Positions 46,256-55,940 of a DNA stretch of 64,000 nucleotides are shown one piece after another. Positions within the stretch are counted from its first letter, which is position 1. Each line of letters begins with the position of its first letter. The position numbers and the translations under genes were made by a program. The notes beneath the pieces are model-generated. The model was not told the origin of the DNA. It worked only from the letters and a program-made list of their open reading frames with translations, and ran no database searches. Origin of the DNA: a virus; the IMG/VR virus record IMGVR_UViG_3300043811_000050, positions 1-64,000 of that record; one strand, written 5' to 3'.

Positions 46256-47771
46256 CATCTTTTATTGGCTCGACACTTGGGTCTGGACGTCGGACCCGAG
46301 GCTCAGCGAGAAGGGCCTGCTGGCTAATGTGCCTTTTGACTTGTTCGAAAGTCAGCGCGAGCTGGTAACCTTCCTGATGGACCGGCTGGCTGCCAAGCAG
46401 GATAATGCGATAGCCAAGAGCCGCGATATGGGGTTCAGCTGGATTGCTGCTGCCGTTGCCGTTTGGCACTGGCTCTATGTGCCGGGGTTCAAGACGACTT
46501 ACAGCAGTTACGAGCAATCCAAGGTTGATCACCTTGGCAATCCGGATAGCTTCTTCGAGAAATGTCGTATCTTGCTGCGTCTCTTGCCGACCTGGATGCT
46601 GCCGCCAGGTTATACTCCGTCGCGTCACGATAATTTCATGCGCTTGGTCAACCCGGAGAATGGTAATGTCATCTCGGGTGAGGTCGGTGACCAGATGGGC
46701 CGCGGTGGGCGGTCGTCGTGGTATTTGCTGGACGAGTGCGCATTCATGGATCACCCTGATGCAGTGGATGCCGCGACTGCCGCGAACACACGCTGTCGCA
46801 CGTTCGGTTCGACAGTCAGCGGCCTCGGCAACCTGTTTGCGCGCAAGTGGTTCAGCTTGGCGGAGGGCCAGAAGTTCCGGTTCCACTGGTCGAGCGACCC
46901 GCGCAAGACAACGCTGGACCCCGGCTGGGAGGCCCGCGAGCGCGGGCGCCTTGAGGGATGGAAGTTTGCGAGTGAGTACGACATCGACTTCTCGGCCTCG
47001 GTCGAGGGCGTGTTTATCCCGGCAGCTTGGGTGCAGAGTTGCGTGAGGTTGGCGGAGTTCGCAAATTATGAGACAGTTCCCCCCTCAGTGCATGGCGTTG
47101 CCGGAATGGACGTCGGTGGCGGGGGGGACGGTCTCAGCACTTACGTTTCCCGTTTTGGCCCTTGGGTACGAACCATTGCCTCCCGTGGTGACCCTGATAC
47201 CATCGGCACTGCTCATTGGGGCGTCGAGTGCGCCCGTGCCGACAGCTTCACGCGACCTGATGGATGGGATTGCCGAGTGACTCGGCTGCACTACGACGAG
47301 ATTGGTATCGGTACCGCAGTCCGCTCGACCTTCTTGCGTCACGAGGTCATTGGCCTCAACACCACCGGCGTCAACGTCGGCAAGCCCCCAAGCGAGACGC
47401 AGTGGGAAGATGGCGAGTCCAGCGAGGAGAAGTTCGGAAACATGAAGGCCGAGCTGTGGGCGATGGTTCGCGAGCGTGTCAAGTGCGGCCACGAGCTGTA
47501 TCTCCATTTGACCGGGCAGCCCGGTGGCGTCGAGCACCCGTGGGCGAATGTGCTGATCCTGCCGAACAAAACCAAGGATGACATGACCTTGCAGGAGCAG
47601 ATGAGCTATCCGCGCCGGCTGACGGACGAGAAGGGTCGTGTGATTGTGGAGAAGAAGAAGGATATGCTAGAGAAGCGTGGGCTCAAGTCGCCTGACCACG
47701 CCGAGGCGCTGGTGTTGACTGTGGCGCAGCCGGACCTCGACGTGTGGGAAAAGCTGGGGGCGGCAGCGTGA
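46155..47771 (+). CDS. Terminase large subunit (start 46155 or 46227)
   Basis: KSRDMGFSW (Walker A), GRGGR, LLDE, GMDVG and SPDHAEAL. Confidence 0.92.
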   Translation: MNFRESILRRLIWSLKCSKSQPLRMIEREKSRRDIFYWLDTWVWTSDPRLSEKGLLANVPFDLFESQRELVTFLMDRLAAKQDNAIAKSRDMGFSWIAAAVAVWHWLYVPGFKTTYSSYEQSKVDHLGNPDSFFEKCRILLRLLPTWMLPPGYTPSRHDNFMRLVNPENGNVISGEVGDQMGRGGRSSWYLLDECAFMDHPDAVDAATAANTRCRTFGSTVSGLGNLFARKWFSLAEGQKFRFHWSSDPRKTTLDPGWEARERGRLEGWKFASEYDIDFSASVEGVFIPAAWVQSCVRLAEFANYETVPPSVHGVAGMDVGGGGDGLSTYVSRFGPWVRTIASRGDPDTIGTAHWGVECARADSFTRPDGWDCRVTRLHYDEIGIGTAVRSTFLRHEVIGLNTTGVNVGKPPSETQWEDGESSEEKFGNMKAELWAMVRERVKCGHELYLHLTGQPGGVEHPWANVLILPNKTKDDMTLQEQMSYPRRLTDEKGRVIVEKKKDMLEKRGLKSPDHAEALVLTVAQPDLDVWEKLGAAA

Positions 47772-47933
47772 CTGAACAAGAAACAGCTGAGGAACTCAAG
47801 GAACGCCTCCATCGTGAGTTTGTTGATAGTATGGTTGTAATGATTGCGGCATATGCTTCTGGGTTTATTTTATTTTTGGAGTGGATTAGTGGCTAAGTGC
47901 GCTACGATGGAAAAGCTGGGAGCGGCAGCGTGA
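47747..47933 (+). repeat. 25-bp direct repeat of the terL 3' end flanking a 42-aa ORF
   Basis: GGAAAAGCTGGG(G/A)GCGGCAGCGTGA at 47747-47771 and 47909-47933. Confidence 0.85.
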
Positions 47934-47997
47934 GTATTATTGGCCCGATCTTCTTGGCTGTCATTGTCGTGATGCTCTTGGCAACGTGTTTTATTTG

Positions 47998-48213
47998 ATG
48001 GGCGTTGTTCTCCCGTTCAAGCGGCCGGAGTGGCGGATAGTAACCAACCCAGCTGATATGAATGGCTATCAATGTCTAGTCTGCGGCTTATTTTTTTATT
48101 TTGATTATAACTATCGATGCTCGGTCTGCGGCTTATCGTTTTATGTTGATGATGGCATCCGCATGGAAACTGACACTGAATATGCAGCTCGCATTAAGAG
48201 GCTCGAGTCGTAG
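47998..48213 (+). CDS. Small protein with duplicated CxxC module
   Basis: YQCLVCGLFFYFD / YRCSVCGLSFYVD. Confidence 0.5.
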   Translation: MGVVLPFKRPEWRIVTNPADMNGYQCLVCGLFFYFDYNYRCSVCGLSFYVDDGIRMETDTEYAARIKRLES

Positions 48214-50306
48214 TGGCTAAGCGTCAGGGTATCACGCGCAAGACACTGACGCAGGCGCAGCGCGATGAGCGCAAGCACGTCCGCGCCCTTGCGCGCACCA
48301 AGCGCGGCGGGTTTGATAGCTTTAACAACTGGTCGATCAACCTGGGGATGGGCACGAACAACGCCCTCTCCGGTGGCACCTATGGCTTCAACCCAATTAC
48401 GCGCATCCGCACCTTGTTGGAGTGGATGTATCGCGGCAACTGGCTCAGCCTCGTGGCAGTCGACGGCATTGCCAAGGACATGACGCGCGAGGGTTATACT
48501 ATCAAGGCCGAGGATCTCGAGCCCGAGGACACGAAGAAGATCTACACGCGCCTGGCGCGCACGCAGACGATGTCGTGCCTCTGTACTGTCATCAGTTGGG
48601 CGCGACTCTACGGCGGCGCTTGCGGATATATTCAAGTCTACGGGCAGGATCCGGCGACGCCGCTGCGGCCGGAGACGGTGCCGGTCGGCGGCTACCGCGG
48701 GCTAATGGTGCTTGATCGCTGGATGTTGGAGCCGCAGCTCAACGATCTCGTCGAAGAAGGACCAGAAGCTGGATTACCGCGTTTTTACCGCGTGACCAGT
48801 GACGCGCCGGGGCTCAAGGGGCGCCTCGTCCACCACAGCCGCATGATACGCTTGATCGGCGTCAAGCTGCCGTACTGGCAGGCAATGATGGAGAATTACT
48901 GGGGGCTCAGCATCTTCGAGCCGCTGTATGATCGCATGGTGGCGTTCGATTCCGCGACCATGGGCGCGGCGCAATTGGCCTATAAGGCGCATGTCCGCAC
49001 GCTCAAGATCGGCAACTATCGCCAGATCTTAGCGCAGGGCGGCCCGACGTTCAATGGCTTGATGAAGATGCTGGAGCTCGTGCGTACCGGGCAGAGCGTC
49101 GAGGGCTTGACGGTCATCGACGGTCAGGACGAGATGGAGACGCAGCAGACCGGCGCGTTGACCGGTATTGGCGAGATCGTACTCAAACTTGGCGAGCAGA
49201 TTGGCGGCGGGCTCGGTGTGCCGATGACCAAGCTGTTTGGCCAGTCGCCGGGCGGCCTCAACTCGACCGGCGAGAGCGACATCCGTGGTTACTATGATGG
49301 CATCGAGCAGAAGCAGAAGGACGAGCTGTCCGAGCCGATGCACGGCTTGACGCGCGTGGTCGCCTACAGCGAGGGCGTTGGTGACAAGCTCGGTGACGAT
49401 TTTGACATCGAATGGAATCCGCTGTGGCAGATGACCGATGCAGAGCGCGGCGAGATTGATGAGAAGAACACTGGCTCTGCGCTGGCGCTGTTCGAGTCAG
49501 GTAATATTAGTGCCCAGCAGTTGCTTAAGGAGGTCGTGCATCGTGGTCAGGCGACGAACACTTGGCAGACGAGCATCACGGCCGAGGACATCGAGGCAGC
49601 TGACGATGAGCTGCCAGAGCCCGAGATGCCAGCGATGCCTGCCGATCCAAACGCTGCACCGGGGAGTGTGACCGGCGCGACGTTCGGCGCCGGCGGGCAG
49701 CAGACGGGCCAGGTGAAGCCCGGCGGCGCGCTGCGGAAGGAGCTGCGCAAGTCGGGGGATCGCAAGGTGACATGGGGTGTGCACCAATGGGCTCGTGACC
49801 TAGACCCTAAATTATTATCGTCGTGGGCGGTTGATCGCGATTCCGATGGTTATAAGAGATATTCGCGCTATGATATCGATCCCGTGCTTGCGTCGCAGCC
49901 AGGCTCATTTATGGGACTGCCCGTCGTCGTGGAGCACAGTAAGGGCACTCAGCGCTGGGAAGGCGCCCCGCGCCTGCCGGCGCACTACGGCTACATTCCT
50001 GGCGTCGGGTCGGCTGAGGGCGAGACTGAGTGGATGGACTGCATGGTGGGCGACGCGACGGACGCGCCTTACGCATTTGTTCTCGACCACTATGATCGCG
50101 ACGGTAAGTTCGAAGAGCACAAAATCATGATTGGGTTCCATCGCCTCGAAGACGCTTTACGCGCCCACCGTGTCGCCTATGACGGCACCGGGTGCGCGGC
50201 GCGCGGTGTGTGTCAGATGACTATTCCGCAGGTGCAGCAGTGGATGGCGCGCGACCGCAACCAGCGGATTGAGGCGATGGTGCCGATGGATCGGAGGGCG
50301 GCGTGA
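48213..50306 (+). CDS. Portal protein (DUF1073 type) with fused C-terminal inorganic-pyrophosphatase-like domain
   Basis: W.RLYGG, VH.SR, P.TKLFGQSP.GLNSTGESD..YYD; C-terminal VE..KG..R..HYGYI..D..V..F.EHK.M.GF. Confidence 0.88.
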   Translation: MAKRQGITRKTLTQAQRDERKHVRALARTKRGGFDSFNNWSINLGMGTNNALSGGTYGFNPITRIRTLLEWMYRGNWLSLVAVDGIAKDMTREGYTIKAEDLEPEDTKKIYTRLARTQTMSCLCTVISWARLYGGACGYIQVYGQDPATPLRPETVPVGGYRGLMVLDRWMLEPQLNDLVEEGPEAGLPRFYRVTSDAPGLKGRLVHHSRMIRLIGVKLPYWQAMMENYWGLSIFEPLYDRMVAFDSATMGAAQLAYKAHVRTLKIGNYRQILAQGGPTFNGLMKMLELVRTGQSVEGLTVIDGQDEMETQQTGALTGIGEIVLKLGEQIGGGLGVPMTKLFGQSPGGLNSTGESDIRGYYDGIEQKQKDELSEPMHGLTRVVAYSEGVGDKLGDDFDIEWNPLWQMTDAERGEIDEKNTGSALALFESGNISAQQLLKEVVHRGQATNTWQTSITAEDIEAADDELPEPEMPAMPADPNAAPGSVTGATFGAGGQQTGQVKPGGALRKELRKSGDRKVTWGVHQWARDLDPKLLSSWAVDRDSDGYKRYSRYDIDPVLASQPGSFMGLPVVVEHSKGTQRWEGAPRLPAHYGYIPGVGSAEGETEWMDCMVGDATDAPYAFVLDHYDRDGKFEEHKIMIGFHRLEDALRAHRVAYDGTGCAARGVCQMTIPQVQQWMARDRNQRIEAMVPMDRRAA

Positions 50307-50683
50307 TCTTTCGCACAATCGTCTTTGCTGCTGTTTTGTGCGCTGGCGCTGCTCATGCGAAGTGGCAAAACGTCGCCGGAGAATGGGACCAGTATCGTCT
50401 CAACGAGACGCAAAAGCAGTGGTTCAAGGGTGTGCACCCAAAGCGGTCAGGGCTGGCCTGCTGTGACATAGCAGATGGCCACCCGACGGCTGACTAGCAT
50501 CGCGCTGATGGCTGGTATATCCCAAATCCGTTTCATCCTGATTGGGACTGGGTGCGCGTGCCCGACGAGGCGATGACTGTGCCTGGAACTAATCCGATTG
50601 GCGTCGCGACGGTCTGGTTCGGGACGCAGCAGGCTGACGGAACACCATATATTCGTTGCTTCGTGCCGGAAGCCGAAACATGA
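50303..50683 (+). pseudogene. Secreted Cys-rich protein interrupted by an in-frame TAG at 50495-50497
   Basis: Signal peptide and CC..ADG before the stop; W..VP...NP.G.A.VW...IRCF.P after it; ends in an ATGA overlap with the next gene. Confidence 0.65.
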
Positions 50684-50889
50684 GCGAGCGTTCTGTAGTT
50701 TACACCAACAAGTCTGTTGCCGACGATTTTGCCCCATATGTTCACTTTTCATTGGATGAGGATGGTAGGTTGTTTATTCGAGTTCGAGCGGTTGGTTCCG
50801 GACCGGGTAAGATAGGGCCGAGGTCTGTTACGACTTTATCCAAGGATGAGGTCAAGGAGTTGACGAGAGCGTTGAGGAAGATCAAGTGA
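50680..50889 (+). CDS. Hypothetical protein
   Basis: Coupled ORF. Confidence 0.5.
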   Translation: MSERSVVYTNKSVADDFAPYVHFSLDEDGRLFIRVRAVGSGPGKIGPRSVTTLSKDEVKELTRALRKIK

Positions 50890-51335
50890 GCCAAGCGATG
50901 CGCTTCGGCGCCGACGTCCGTACCGAGGAAGATCAGCGCCTCGCGTATTGGACGGGTCGGCTCCAAAAAATGTTGGAGCGTCGCTGGCGCGGGATTGTGA
51001 CGCGACAGCTGTTAGACGAGTGCAAGGAGCTGGTCGAGGACTTCAGAACCCGCTTGCGCCTCCATGGGGGCCTGAACTACCCCGAGGTCGTGCTTGTCTA
51101 CATCCGCGAGGTCGGCGCGCTGGAAGTCGTGCGCGCGGACATTGACGAGGCGAACTTGCAGCGCTGGATCGTCAATTTGACGGTCAAGTATCGGCACGTT
51201 ACGGCGCGCGGAATCGCGGAATCGCTGGCGGAGCACTTTCCTGGCTATCGGCCAGGGCAGATGGAGTTCCGTCGCCGCGAGCCGACGACCAATGGTGGTG
51301 TGCATCCGGTGCGGATGACGGGGGTGCCGGTATGA
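50886..51335 (+). CDS. Hypothetical protein
   Basis: Coupled ORF. Confidence 0.55.
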   Translation: MSQAMRFGADVRTEEDQRLAYWTGRLQKMLERRWRGIVTRQLLDECKELVEDFRTRLRLHGGLNYPEVVLVYIREVGALEVVRADIDEANLQRWIVNLTVKYRHVTARGIAESLAEHFPGYRPGQMEFRRREPTTNGGVHPVRMTGVPV

Positions 51336-51550
51336 GTTTTGCCAGCACTGGTGGCTATGATCTGCACATTCGTAGGTGCGGGGAATGTGTCCCGTTCGAT
51401 TCGGGGCAGCTGGCACCAATATGACTAAACGGATATCTGGTAAGTATTTCGCCCTGTACTTGGGGTCGAAGAGTCATCCGTACTGGGTGAGATACAGCTG
51501 GAAGCACCTGTTTCGTGGACTGCCTACTCCCGCGATGAGGGCGTGGATAG

Positions 51551-52321
51551 ATGCCTCGTGACGAGGCTTCCCGCCACCAGCGCGCCAAGCAGCGCCGCAA
51601 GGAGCAATCCGTGTTTGGTCGCGTGCGGCGCGCCGAGATGCAGTATTCGCGTCAGCTGCGCGCCATCGCCCGCAACTGCGGCCTGCTTGCTCATCACTAC
51701 GATCCCGACAAGCCTGAAACGGCACACTGGCTGGTGGGTGCGTTGCGACAGTATGCGGAGACGGTGCGGAATTGGGCGACTGCCAGCGGCGCGCGGATGC
51801 TGGCCGAGGTTGAGCATCGTGATGCGCAGGCGTGGGCGAAGCACAGCAGGAATATGAGCGAGGGGTTGCAGCGCGAGATTGCGACGGCGCCGACGGGAGA
51901 GCTTCTTCGTGCGCTATTGGCTGAGCAGGTGGATCTCATAACTTCAATTCCGCGCGAGGCTGCCGTTCGAGTGCAGGAACTGGCTGTACGCGGGATGGAA
52001 GGAAGCGAACGCCCGGCGCACATCGCCGAGGAGATAATGCGTACGGGCGAGGTCACGGAATCTCGTGCTCGACTCATCGCACGCACCGAAGTCGCTCGGG
52101 CGTCAAGCAAAATGACGGAGAGCCGGGCGCGCTATATCGGTTCTGAGGGCTATATCTGGCGCACCGCCGAGGATCGCGACGTGCGACCTGAGCATCGCAA
52201 GCTCAACGGCAAGTACTTCAGCTGGGACGATCCGCCGATCGCAGGGAGCAATGGCGAACGCGCGCACGCAGGTCAAATCTATAATTGCCGATGCGTCTGC
52301 GAGCCCGTGGTGCCCGAGTGA
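51551..52321 (+). CDS. Head morphogenesis protein (MuF/SPP1 gp7)
   Basis: RARLIARTE, Y.W.T..D..VR..H and GQIYNCRC. Confidence 0.92.
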   Translation: MPRDEASRHQRAKQRRKEQSVFGRVRRAEMQYSRQLRAIARNCGLLAHHYDPDKPETAHWLVGALRQYAETVRNWATASGARMLAEVEHRDAQAWAKHSRNMSEGLQREIATAPTGELLRALLAEQVDLITSIPREAAVRVQELAVRGMEGSERPAHIAEEIMRTGEVTESRARLIARTEVARASSKMTESRARYIGSEGYIWRTAEDRDVRPEHRKLNGKYFSWDDPPIAGSNGERAHAGQIYNCRCVCEPVVPE

Positions 52322-52344
52322 CTTCAACAAGAGGAGTGACCGCA

Positions 52345-53640
52345 ATGAAGAAGCTATGGACTCTGATGGCGGGCGCTCTCGCTCTCGCTGCTGCGTGGAT
52401 CAAAAACCCGGCGGTCGCCCTGTTGGCGTGCGCGCCGGCGTGCGCCTTGGTGCTGTGTACGGCGGTCGCCCCCCGGCTGGGGGCACAGCCCTATCCAATC
52501 AACTCGCCATTCTACATCCCTAGCGCGATCCTTGGCCAACAGACCATCACGGTCGCCGCCGGGTCGAGCTACGTGTTCCAGACCAACGGCCAAGGCACGT
52601 TATACATGCGCGTCTCGGGCTCGCCGGTTGGCCTGTCGGCCCAGGTGCAAGTGACGGAAGGACGCGCGACGCAGACGGTCGCGCAGACGCTCACTTCTTT
52701 CACGCAGGCGAATCCTGGCGTGTTCACGCTCGCCAATCACGGCCTGTCGATCAATCAGCCGGTCGTCTTTACGTCGGCACAATCGACGCTGCCGACGCTG
52801 ATCGTGTCGGGTACCACGTATTACGTGGTTGCGGGCGGATTTACGTCCAGCACGTTCGAGCTGGCGGCCACGCCGGGTGGCACTGCAATCAATACCACCG
52901 CGGGCTCCCCGAGTGGTACGGTGACATTCTCGAGCACGTCGCTGCTGTGGAATAATGCAGCTGTCGACCAGGTCGGGGGATGGCGCGTCTCCAGCCCGAT
53001 TACTGCCACCGGACTCTATAAGCTCAATGTGTCGGGCGCTGCCGCGGTGCGGCTGAACGTCTCGGCGCTGACGAGCGGTGTCACTTATGTCGACTTCAGT
53101 GCTTCTCCTGGTGAAGAGTTCGTTCGCACCAATCCAATGACGCGGGCGACATATCGAGCCTCTGCGTCGATTGGCACAGGTGCGACGACCAACTTCCTGG
53201 TGCTCGCCGGCAGCGCCACCAAGAACGTCATTATCACTCATGCCGACTGCTCTGGCCGTGCGACCGCGGCCATTGTGGTCGGGATTGAGGCTGATTTGCG
53301 TTCCACGGCAGACAGCGGCGACGCGGGCACCGCCGTAACTGCGACCCCACTTGACAGTAGCATGGGCGCGGCGACGGCCACCGTGGTCAGCCATACCACG
53401 AGCCCAACACCGGGCACGCTGACGGGTGCTGTGGCTGTCGGCCAGCTCGGCATTGTGGTTGCTGCGCCGAGCGTGACCGATTTCCCGATGCCGAACGTGC
53501 TCAACTTCGAGTTCGCACGCTGGCCGGGTTCGTCCCAGGTCGTCCTTCACGGTGTCGCTCAGGAGTTCTCGCTGACGACCAGCGCAGCGTTCGGCACGGC
53601 CGCCGCGGTGACCTGCAATCTTGAATGGCAGGAAGATTGA
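52345..53640 (+). CDS. Exported beta-rich structural-like protein
   Basis: GAGGAG RBS; long signal-like N-terminus ending LGA|Q; internal NHGL....V.F.....LP......YYV phage fibre domain. Confidence 0.6.
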   Translation: MKKLWTLMAGALALAAAWIKNPAVALLACAPACALVLCTAVAPRLGAQPYPINSPFYIPSAILGQQTITVAAGSSYVFQTNGQGTLYMRVSGSPVGLSAQVQVTEGRATQTVAQTLTSFTQANPGVFTLANHGLSINQPVVFTSAQSTLPTLIVSGTTYYVVAGGFTSSTFELAATPGGTAINTTAGSPSGTVTFSSTSLLWNNAAVDQVGGWRVSSPITATGLYKLNVSGAAAVRLNVSALTSGVTYVDFSASPGEEFVRTNPMTRATYRASASIGTGATTNFLVLAGSATKNVIITHADCSGRATAAIVVGIEADLRSTADSGDAGTAVTATPLDSSMGAATATVVSHTTSPTPGTLTGAVAVGQLGIVVAAPSVTDFPMPNVLNFEFARWPGSSQVVLHGVAQEFSLTTSAAFGTAAAVTCNLEWQED

Positions 53641-53666
53641 GCAATGTCTAGCGAGGGAGACAGGCC

Positions 53667-54089
53667 GTGCTGAAAATAAGGGTGGTCCTTGTCGTGGCGA
53701 TGCTGAGCCTTCTCAGCGTCTCTCTCGCCTGCGCCCAGTCTTTCCCGCGCGGGTATCTAAGCGCGGCTAACCTCAACCCCACGCTCGTCAACGGCGGACC
53801 GACGCTCATCAAGATGCTCGTGCTGGTTAATACCACTACGACGCTCTACTATCTCAAGTTCTACAACAAGGCGACAGCGCCGACGTGCGGTACCGACACG
53901 CCGCTTTGGACGGTGCCGGTGCCGTTTGGGGCCTCTAACTCCGGGAGCGGAGCTGTGATCCCCGTTCTTGACGGCCTGCAGTTTCCCCTTGGTCTCGGCT
54001 TCTGCCTGACGGGTGGCATCGCCGCGAACGACACTACGAACGCTGCCACGGGCGTTGCGATCAATCTCGGGATCACGAGTTATCAGTGA
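53667..54089 (+). CDS. Exported small beta-sandwich protein
   Basis: Signal ending ACA|Q; YLKFYNKATAPT.GT..P....F..G motif seen in phage structural proteins. Confidence 0.65.
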   Translation: MLKIRVVLVVAMLSLLSVSLACAQSFPRGYLSAANLNPTLVNGGPTLIKMLVLVNTTTTLYYLKFYNKATAPTCGTDTPLWTVPVPFGASNSGSGAVIPVLDGLQFPLGLGFCLTGGIAANDTTNAATGVAINLGITSYQ

Positions 54090-54502
54090 GATATGCCCTG
54101 GTGGCGGCCTTCGCTCTTCTCGCGAGCAGCGCGTGGGCGCAGCTCACGACCATGGGCATCGGGGGTGGCGGGGGAGGCGTCTTCAATGGTCCATCGGTTA
54201 TCGCGGTCACGCCGAACACTGGGCCTACCGCGGGTGGAACGCCAGTCGTCATCAGCGGGACAAACTTCACTGGAGTCACTGCCGTCAGCTTCGGCGGCAC
54301 GCCGGCGGCTTCTTTCATGTTTATCAATGGAACGACGATCGACGCGACGTCCCCGGCGGGATCATCCGGCGTCGTTGACGTGCGCGTTACTACGCCAGTC
54401 GGCATGAGCGGGATAAACGTTGGAGATCGGTTTACCTACGGAACGGTGTGCTCGAACTCAATGGACTTTAGCCAGCCATGCAATACGCAATATGGATTTT
54501 AG
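54086..54502 (+). CDS. Exported IPT/TIG-domain protein
   Basis: Signal ending AWA|Q; P..GP.AGGT.V.ISG.NF.....V.FG...V.VTTP.G. Confidence 0.85.
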   Translation: MRYALVAAFALLASSAWAQLTTMGIGGGGGGVFNGPSVIAVTPNTGPTAGGTPVVISGTNFTGVTAVSFGGTPAASFMFINGTTIDATSPAGSSGVVDVRVTTPVGMSGINVGDRFTYGTVCSNSMDFSQPCNTQYGF

Positions 54503-54771
54503 CAGTTTTTCTCGCGTCCGCGCTGTCGGCGCTTGCGCAGGAGCGCACGTTCACGTGGACGCTCACCGAATCCGAAATGAATTACATTGGGGCGCTGATT
54601 GATATTGAGAAGGCTAAGCCATCAGGGCAGCTTGTCCAGCACCTTGCGGACAAGATCCAAGCCCAAATAACGCAGCAAGTGCAGACGGGCCAGAAGGCGG
54701 CGCTGGACGCGATCGAAAAGCAGGTGCGTGACAGGGTTGAGGCCGAGAAGCATAAGGAACCGCCGCCGTGA
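54478..54771 (+). CDS. Small exported helical protein
   Basis: Signal ending ALA|Q. Confidence 0.55.
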   Translation: MQYAIWILAVFLASALSALAQERTFTWTLTESEMNYIGALIDIEKAKPSGQLVQHLADKIQAQITQQVQTGQKAALDAIEKQVRDRVEAEKHKEPPP

Positions 54772-55940
54772 TAAAGCTCCTTCGTCTTTTGGCGTGCAGT
54801 CTCGTGCTCGCGTGGGGTGCGCCTGCGTCGGCGAATTGGCTGTATACGCCTGGTGCCGGACCTTCCAACTTTAGATCATTCAATAGCGGCACGACTCCTG
54901 CTGGGACGTCTGCGTGCGCCGCGACGAATACTGACTGCATGGCGTTTGTTCCTATAGATATCACGGGGACGCCACTCTTTTCCTCCGGTAATCCTGGTGT
55001 CGTGTCAGGTGGACCTTTTGCGGTCACAGGGACATTTTGGCAGGCCACTCAGCCGGTGAGCGGCACCTTTTGGCAGGCCACTCAGCCGGTCAGTGGTACA
55101 TTCTGGCAGGCAACACAACCGATCAGCGCCGCGGCATTACCATTGCCCACTGGCGCTGCTACTCAAACGACGCTGGCCGCCGTCCTGTCAGCGCTTGGTT
55201 CGCCCTTTCAGGCCGGTGCGTCGATCGGTAATACGACATTCGGATCAACACAGGGTACGTCGCCGTGGGTCATTGGTGGCGCGGCTGCGGCGGGCGCGGT
55301 TCCGGTCGGCAATCCGTTGTTCACCGGAATGTTTGACGGGACCGACATCCGCCGCGTGATGGGCGATGAAACGAACGGCCTATGGGTCAACATCAAGGCG
55401 GGCGCGGGTTCCGGTGGGACGGCACTCGCTGACGAGGCGCCGTTCACGCAGGGTGCGACGAACACGACGCCGCTCGGGTGTTTCTATACTACCTCTGTGA
55501 CCAATTTGCTCACCGGCCAGGCTGGCGTGGGCCGCTGCACTAATGATCGTCAGCAAATGACGTCGGACGCGGCGGTGTTGGCGCAGCTCGTCACACTGAA
55601 CGCGACGGCACTCACGCCGGTCCCGTTTCCGGTTAACATCACATGGACACCGTGCACAGGGGCGACCAGCGCGAATACAATTGCAGCCGGTGGAACGGCG
55701 CAAGTCGCGCTGCCAGCAAGTGCAACGGTTCACGGCTTTGCTATTGCAAATAACTCTGCCGACCCGATGTGGTTGAGCTTTACTACGACAGCAACGATCG
55801 GCAGTGATTTTTTATTGCCTGCGGGGTCGTCAACGGTGTCCGGTGGTAGTTTCTTCGGCCCTCCTGGGTCTGGGTTTAATGGAAACTTGTCAGTGATAGC
55901 GGCCACGACTGGGGATAAGTTTTCGTGCACAAAATTCTGA
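54768..55940 (+). CDS. Exported fibre-like protein with GTFWQATQPVS repeats
   Basis: Signal ending ASA|N; three 11-aa tandem repeats at about 55030-55126. Confidence 0.65.
   Translation: MIKLLRLLACSLVLAWGAPASANWLYTPGAGPSNFRSFNSGTTPAGTSACAATNTDCMAFVPIDITGTPLFSSGNPGVVSGGPFAVTGTFWQATQPVSGTFWQATQPVSGTFWQATQPISAAALPLPTGAATQTTLAAVLSALGSPFQAGASIGNTTFGSTQGTSPWVIGGAAAAGAVPVGNPLFTGMFDGTDIRRVMGDETNGLWVNIKAGAGSGGTALADEAPFTQGATNTTPLGCFYTTSVTNLLTGQAGVGRCTNDRQQMTSDAAVLAQLVTLNATALTPVPFPVNITWTPCTGATSANTIAAGGTAQVALPASATVHGFAIANNSADPMWLSFTTTATIGSDFLLPAGSSTVSGGSFFGPPGSGFNGNLSVIAATTGDKFSCTKF

Noticed and set aside
48213-49600. Anti-CBASS Acb1 annotation for the DUF1073 protein
   Set aside because: Position between TerL and MuF and the motifs indicate a portal; no paired HxT 2H-phosphoesterase motifs seen
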